Shown here: positions 41,580 to 45,069 of the stretch, one piece after another | Layout: every line of letters starts with the position of its first letter | How positions within the stretch are numbered: position 1 is the first letter of the stretch | Virus record (IMG/VR): IMGVR_UViG_3300029607_000014 | Reading direction: 5' to 3' (one strand) | Length of the DNA: 45,069 nucleotides | DNA from: a virus | Position numbers and translations under genes: made by a program | Notes under the pieces: generated by a model | Seen by the model: only the letters and a program-made list of their open reading frames with translations | Database searches by the model: none | What the model was told of the DNA's origin: nothing

Positions 41580-42170
41580 ATGGCAATTAAAAGATTTGGA
41601 GATTACGAAAAAACACAGGCTTACGGAGATTACGAAGTGCTTCCAAAAGGCGGCTATGTGGTGAAAATTCTTGGAGCCGAAGTTTGTAACAACAGTGTAG
41701 GTCAGTATGTAAAAATCAGTTGCGATATTGCAGAAGGCGAATATGCGGGCTTCTATGCAAAAGAATATAAAGCCCAGCAGAGCGAGGATAAGAAATGGCA
41801 CTGCAATTATCTTCTGAATATTCCGAATGATGACGGATCAGAGAAAGATAACTGGACAAAGAGACGCTTTAAAACATTTACAGAAGCTCTTGAAGAATCC
41901 AATCCGGGATACCACTTTGACTGGGATGAACAGAAATTCAAAGGTAAGATTGCCGGCGGTCTTTTTAATGAAAGAGAATATGAAAAGAATGATGGAAGTG
42001 TTGGAAGAGCCACCAATCTGGCATCCTTCTGTAAAGTCGATAAAATTCGCTCCGGTGATTACAAGCTCCCAAAAGACAAAATCTTAGGTAGCAATAATTC
42101 TTCACGCGCTAATTCAGATGATTTCATGAGTGTTCCAGACGGTGCAGATGAGGAGATGCCATTCAACTAA
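41580..42170 (+). CDS. phage ssDNA-binding-like protein (DUF669-type position) with acidic SSB-like tail
   Basis: C-terminus DGADEEMPFN mimics the SSB DDDIPF tip; sits after Sak4-like ATPase. Confidence 0.55.
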   Translation: MAIKRFGDYEKTQAYGDYEVLPKGGYVVKILGAEVCNNSVGQYVKISCDIAEGEYAGFYAKEYKAQQSEDKKWHCNYLLNIPNDDGSEKDNWTKRRFKTFTEALEESNPGYHFDWDEQKFKGKIAGGLFNEREYEKNDGSVGRATNLASFCKVDKIRSGDYKLPKDKILGSNNSSRANSDDFMSVPDGADEEMPFN

Positions 42171-42733
42171 TGGATATTTTTGATCAAAAAGAAGTCTTAA
42201 AGTCTTTCCAGATTCTTGTTGATTCCAGGGAACAAGCGACCGAACGAGCGGAGAAGCGGTATAAATCCTTTTCCGCTCCATATAGTCGAGCAACATTGGA
42301 TTATGGTGACTACACCTATAATGCAGTATTGCCGAGTGGTGAGTTGCTGTTTGATACCAATAGCACAATTAAGCCATTCTGCGTGGTGGAACGGAAAATG
42401 AATTTAGATGAATTGGCTGCATGTTTTACCAGGGGGCGTGAGAGATTCAAAAGAGAGTTTGAACGGGCATTAGATCAGCAGTGTAGGATTTACCTCATCT
42501 GTGAAAATTCGAGCTGGGAAAACCTTTTGAACGGTAAATATCGAAGCAAATTCAACTCCAATGCGTTTTTAGCTTCCAGTGTTGCATGGATGGTCCGATA
42601 CAACATGAATGTGGTTTTTTGCAAAGAGGAAACATCTGGAAGATTGATAAAAGAAATTTTATACAGAGATTTAAAAGAAAGACTTGAAAGGGGTGAGTTT
42701 GATGGTTGTAAATTCGATTCAACTCACAGGTGA
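42170..42733 (+). CDS. ERCC4-domain nuclease (structure-specific/resolvase-like)
   Basis: ILVDSREQ ... GDYTY ... VVERKMNLDEL (GDxn-ERKxxxD signature). Confidence 0.75.
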   Translation: MDIFDQKEVLKSFQILVDSREQATERAEKRYKSFSAPYSRATLDYGDYTYNAVLPSGELLFDTNSTIKPFCVVERKMNLDELAACFTRGRERFKREFERALDQQCRIYLICENSSWENLLNGKYRSKFNSNAFLASSVAWMVRYNMNVVFCKEETSGRLIKEILYRDLKERLERGEFDGCKFDSTHR

Positions 42734-42738
42734 TAGCA

Positions 42739-44838
42739 ATGAGTGAATATCCAAGTATGTATGATGCGGCTATCGAATATGCCAAAAAAGGATTTGCTGT
42801 CTTCCCGTTAAAGTACCGCGATAAAGTTCCACTTACTAGGAATGGATGTAAGGATGCAACTACAGACGCAGCTCAGATAAAAGCTTGGTGGCAGAAATAT
42901 CCAAATGCAAACATAGGTCTTGCGACTGGTTCAGTTAGCCAGAATGTATTTGTAATTGATTTAGACATTGACGAAGATCGCGGAATAGATGGGTACCATT
43001 CACTTGAAGATTGGCAGCGTGAACACGGTGATTTCCCAGAAACATGGACGGCTATCACAGGGCGTGGCGGATACCATTTGTACTATCGTGGAAATGGCAA
43101 AATAAAGAACCGAGCCGGAATTATTGATGGTGTAGATATTCGTGGAAATGGCGGGTATGTAGTAGCTCCTCCATCAATACATAAGAATGGCAATCGGTAT
43201 GAATGGGAATATTCACCGGATGAATTTGAAATTGCAAAGGCCGATAACAATGTAGAATACTTCTTGAACCATGACGATCAGAAACAAGGCGCAGCTTTTA
43301 CCATGCCAAATATCGTGGCAGCAGGACAAAGAAATCAGATGCTTTTTCGTTTTGCGTGTATGATGCAGGCGAAAGGAGCGTCAGATCAATCAGTGTTCGC
43401 TGCTACCATGGCTGAGAATGAAAGTTCCTGCTCGCCTCCATTAACTGAACAGGAAGTCAAAGTCATTGTATCAAGCGCAACTAAATATGATAAAGGAAAG
43501 CCCATTCACATTGACTCAGAGGGGGTTGCAACGCAAGGGTGGAGAGAGCCGGAGTTTGATTTTACAGAAAAAGGAACAATGATTCAGAGCATTAAGAATA
43601 TGTGTGAAGCCATTGAATACGACCCTGATTTGTATGGACATATTAAATATAACGAGTTATCATACGCGCCCTTTGTTTGTGGAAGTCTCCCGTGGGAGCA
43701 TGTAAACATGTATAGGGAATGGAGTAACAGCGATGACAGTAATTTGAAGTCGTACATTGAATCAAAATACGGGCTAAAGAGTCTGGAGAAGATCATGGAA
43801 GCACTTAATATCGTGGCAAACAGAAACAGATTCAATCCTGTTGTTGATATGCTTACCGACATTCATAAGAATAAGTGGAATAAAAAGACGGGATATATCA
43901 GCAAATTACTTCCAGAATATCTGGGAGTGGAAGACACAGAGTATTCCAGGGAGTGTATGAAACTGTTTATGTTGGGTGCAATCAGCAGGGCATTCCATCC
44001 GGGATGCAAGTTTGACTACATGCCAGTATTATACGGCTCACAGGGAATTGGAAAATCTACATTTCTGAGACTCTTATCACTCAATAATGCATGGTATAAC
44101 GACAATTTCAATACAGTCGAGGGCGACAAAGCCCCGGAAAAGCTGCGCGGTATGTGGATGGTGGAACTGGCAGAACTGCTGGCTACTAAAAAAGCAAAAG
44201 AAGTTGAGAGCATCAAAGCATTTTTAACGTCCACAGTGGACACGTACAGGCCTCCATATGGGCGCAGAACAGAGCAGAGACCAAGAGTGTGTGTATTTGC
44301 TGGAACAACCAACAATGACCGTTTCCTGACTGATAGAACAGGCAATAGACGATTCCTTCCGATAGTCACGAGAAAAGAACATGTCCTGAAATCCATGTTT
44401 GATGATCCACAAGCCGTAGCGTCAGACTTTACAAACGCTTGGGGAGAAGCCATGGAGCTTTTTGAAAGGGCCGATAGAACACCTAAGTTAATTCTTCCAA
44501 AGAATTTACAGCGATATATAGAGGACAAACAGGAGGAATTTATGGAGGAGGACGTGAGAGTTGGAATTATTCAAGAATGGCTAGACCATACAGCGGAACC
44601 TCGCGTTTGCGTCGCAATGCTATATGAACAGGCGCTGGGTAACGAGGGCCGCAAGCCCACAAGGTTCGAGTCCAACGAAATTCACTCCATCATGCAGAAC
44701 TGCATTGACGGATGGGAAAGGGAAAATGGTGGGAAACGGGTGAGATGTGGAAAGTATGGTCCGCAGATATGCTACAAAAAAGTCAGAAAATTAAGTGAAT
44801 TTGAAAAAATGTGTGAGTGTGAGATACCATTTGACTAG
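42739..44838 (+). CDS. bifunctional primase-polymerase (PrimPol) fused to PriCT and VirE/D5-like NTPase
   Basis: GFAVFPL..KVP...VIDLDID...GGYHLYY...DIRGNGGYVVAPPSIH; QRNQMLFRFACMM; Walker A GSQGIGKST. Confidence 0.85.
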   Translation: MSEYPSMYDAAIEYAKKGFAVFPLKYRDKVPLTRNGCKDATTDAAQIKAWWQKYPNANIGLATGSVSQNVFVIDLDIDEDRGIDGYHSLEDWQREHGDFPETWTAITGRGGYHLYYRGNGKIKNRAGIIDGVDIRGNGGYVVAPPSIHKNGNRYEWEYSPDEFEIAKADNNVEYFLNHDDQKQGAAFTMPNIVAAGQRNQMLFRFACMMQAKGASDQSVFAATMAENESSCSPPLTEQEVKVIVSSATKYDKGKPIHIDSEGVATQGWREPEFDFTEKGTMIQSIKNMCEAIEYDPDLYGHIKYNELSYAPFVCGSLPWEHVNMYREWSNSDDSNLKSYIESKYGLKSLEKIMEALNIVANRNRFNPVVDMLTDIHKNKWNKKTGYISKLLPEYLGVEDTEYSRECMKLFMLGAISRAFHPGCKFDYMPVLYGSQGIGKSTFLRLLSLNNAWYNDNFNTVEGDKAPEKLRGMWMVELAELLATKKAKEVESIKAFLTSTVDTYRPPYGRRTEQRPRVCVFAGTTNNDRFLTDRTGNRRFLPIVTRKEHVLKSMFDDPQAVASDFTNAWGEAMELFERADRTPKLILPKNLQRYIEDKQEEFMEEDVRVGIIQEWLDHTAEPRVCVAMLYEQALGNEGRKPTRFESNEIHSIMQNCIDGWERENGGKRVRCGKYGPQICYKKVRKLSEFEKMCECEIPFD

Positions 44839-44843
44839 AACTG

Positions 44844-45017
44844 GTTACACTTAGTTACATTTAGTTACACCCCAAGATACACCTCAAACCCTTATAAATA
44901 CTGTATTTTTTACTTAGTGTAACTAATGTAACTAATATTTTACTATAAAGTATATTTTAATAATTATATAAAAAGGTAATTATAGGAAAAATTAAATACT
45001 TATGTTACACGTTACAC
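44844..45017. repeat. iteron array GTTACA(C/T): 3 direct, 2 inverted, 2 direct, around an AT-rich spacer (candidate ori)
   Basis: 44844, 44854, 44864 (10-bp phase); inverted 44917, 44926; 45004, 45011 (= 34, 41 at window start). Confidence 0.6.
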
Positions 45018-45069
45018 ATTCAAGGGGGAAGAAATGGCAAGCGTAAGAAAAGATGATATTCCAATGATG
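44971..45069. repeat. Terminal overlap copy 2 (identical to 1..99)
   Basis: Verbatim repeat of nt 1-99. Confidence 0.95.

Noticed and set aside
44016-44528. 170-aa minus-strand ORF within the PrimPol-VirE gene.
   Set aside because: It is antisense to a gene with clear Walker A and VirE motifs, and it has no RBS.
1-45069. I looked for CRISPR arrays, a reverse transcriptase with template/variable repeats (DGR or retron), IS elements, and toxin-antitoxin pairs.
   Set aside because: There are no regularly spaced direct repeats, no RT-like ORF (no YxDD-type protein) and no transposase. The only long exact repeat is the 99-nt assembly overlap.

Overview
The window is a complete, circularly closed phage genome of about 44,970 bp. 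The first 99 nt recur exactly as the last 99 nt. It looks like a temperate siphovirus-like phage or prophage: there is a long tape-measure gene and no sheath gene. The host is probably a low-GC Gram-positive (Clostridia-like) bacterium. That is an inference from AGGAGG-type RBSs and the gene families present.

Almost all genes are on the + strand, in this order:
(1) An early / anti-restriction block: LexA-like wHTH, orphan C5 and N6 DNA methyltransferases, a Lar-like protein, YopX, and many small Cys-rich ORFs.
(2) A small sigma-r4-like activator followed by a phage-specific late promoter.
(3) TerL, portal and a MuF-like head protein.
(4) An accessory block of odd proteins, of which 13131..15868 is bounded by terminators.
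(5) A ~430-nt structured non-coding leader with two tRNA-like modules.
(6) Scaffold, major capsid, connectors, major tail, chaperones, a tape-measure gene split by a group I intron carrying an HNH endonuclease, a 1465-aa fibre with an S74 chaperone domain, and a CHAP endolysin.
(7) An attP-like repeat region, integrase (-), a Zn-ribbon membrane protein (-), and a cI/cro-like switch with palindromic operators.
(8) An antirepressor and small early ORFs.
(9) A recombination/replication module: Gp157, Sak4-like ATPase, SSB-like protein, ERCC4 nuclease and PrimPol-VirE.
(10) An iteron array that is a likely origin.

The most interesting items are the cargo island inside the head module, the paired degenerate tRNA-like elements, the three-copy late-promoter motif with paralogous sigma-like proteins, the hairpin-CGCTAACC leaders shared by the capsid and tail genes, and the intron in the tape-measure gene. 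All functional calls come from reading motifs by eye. No database search was run.
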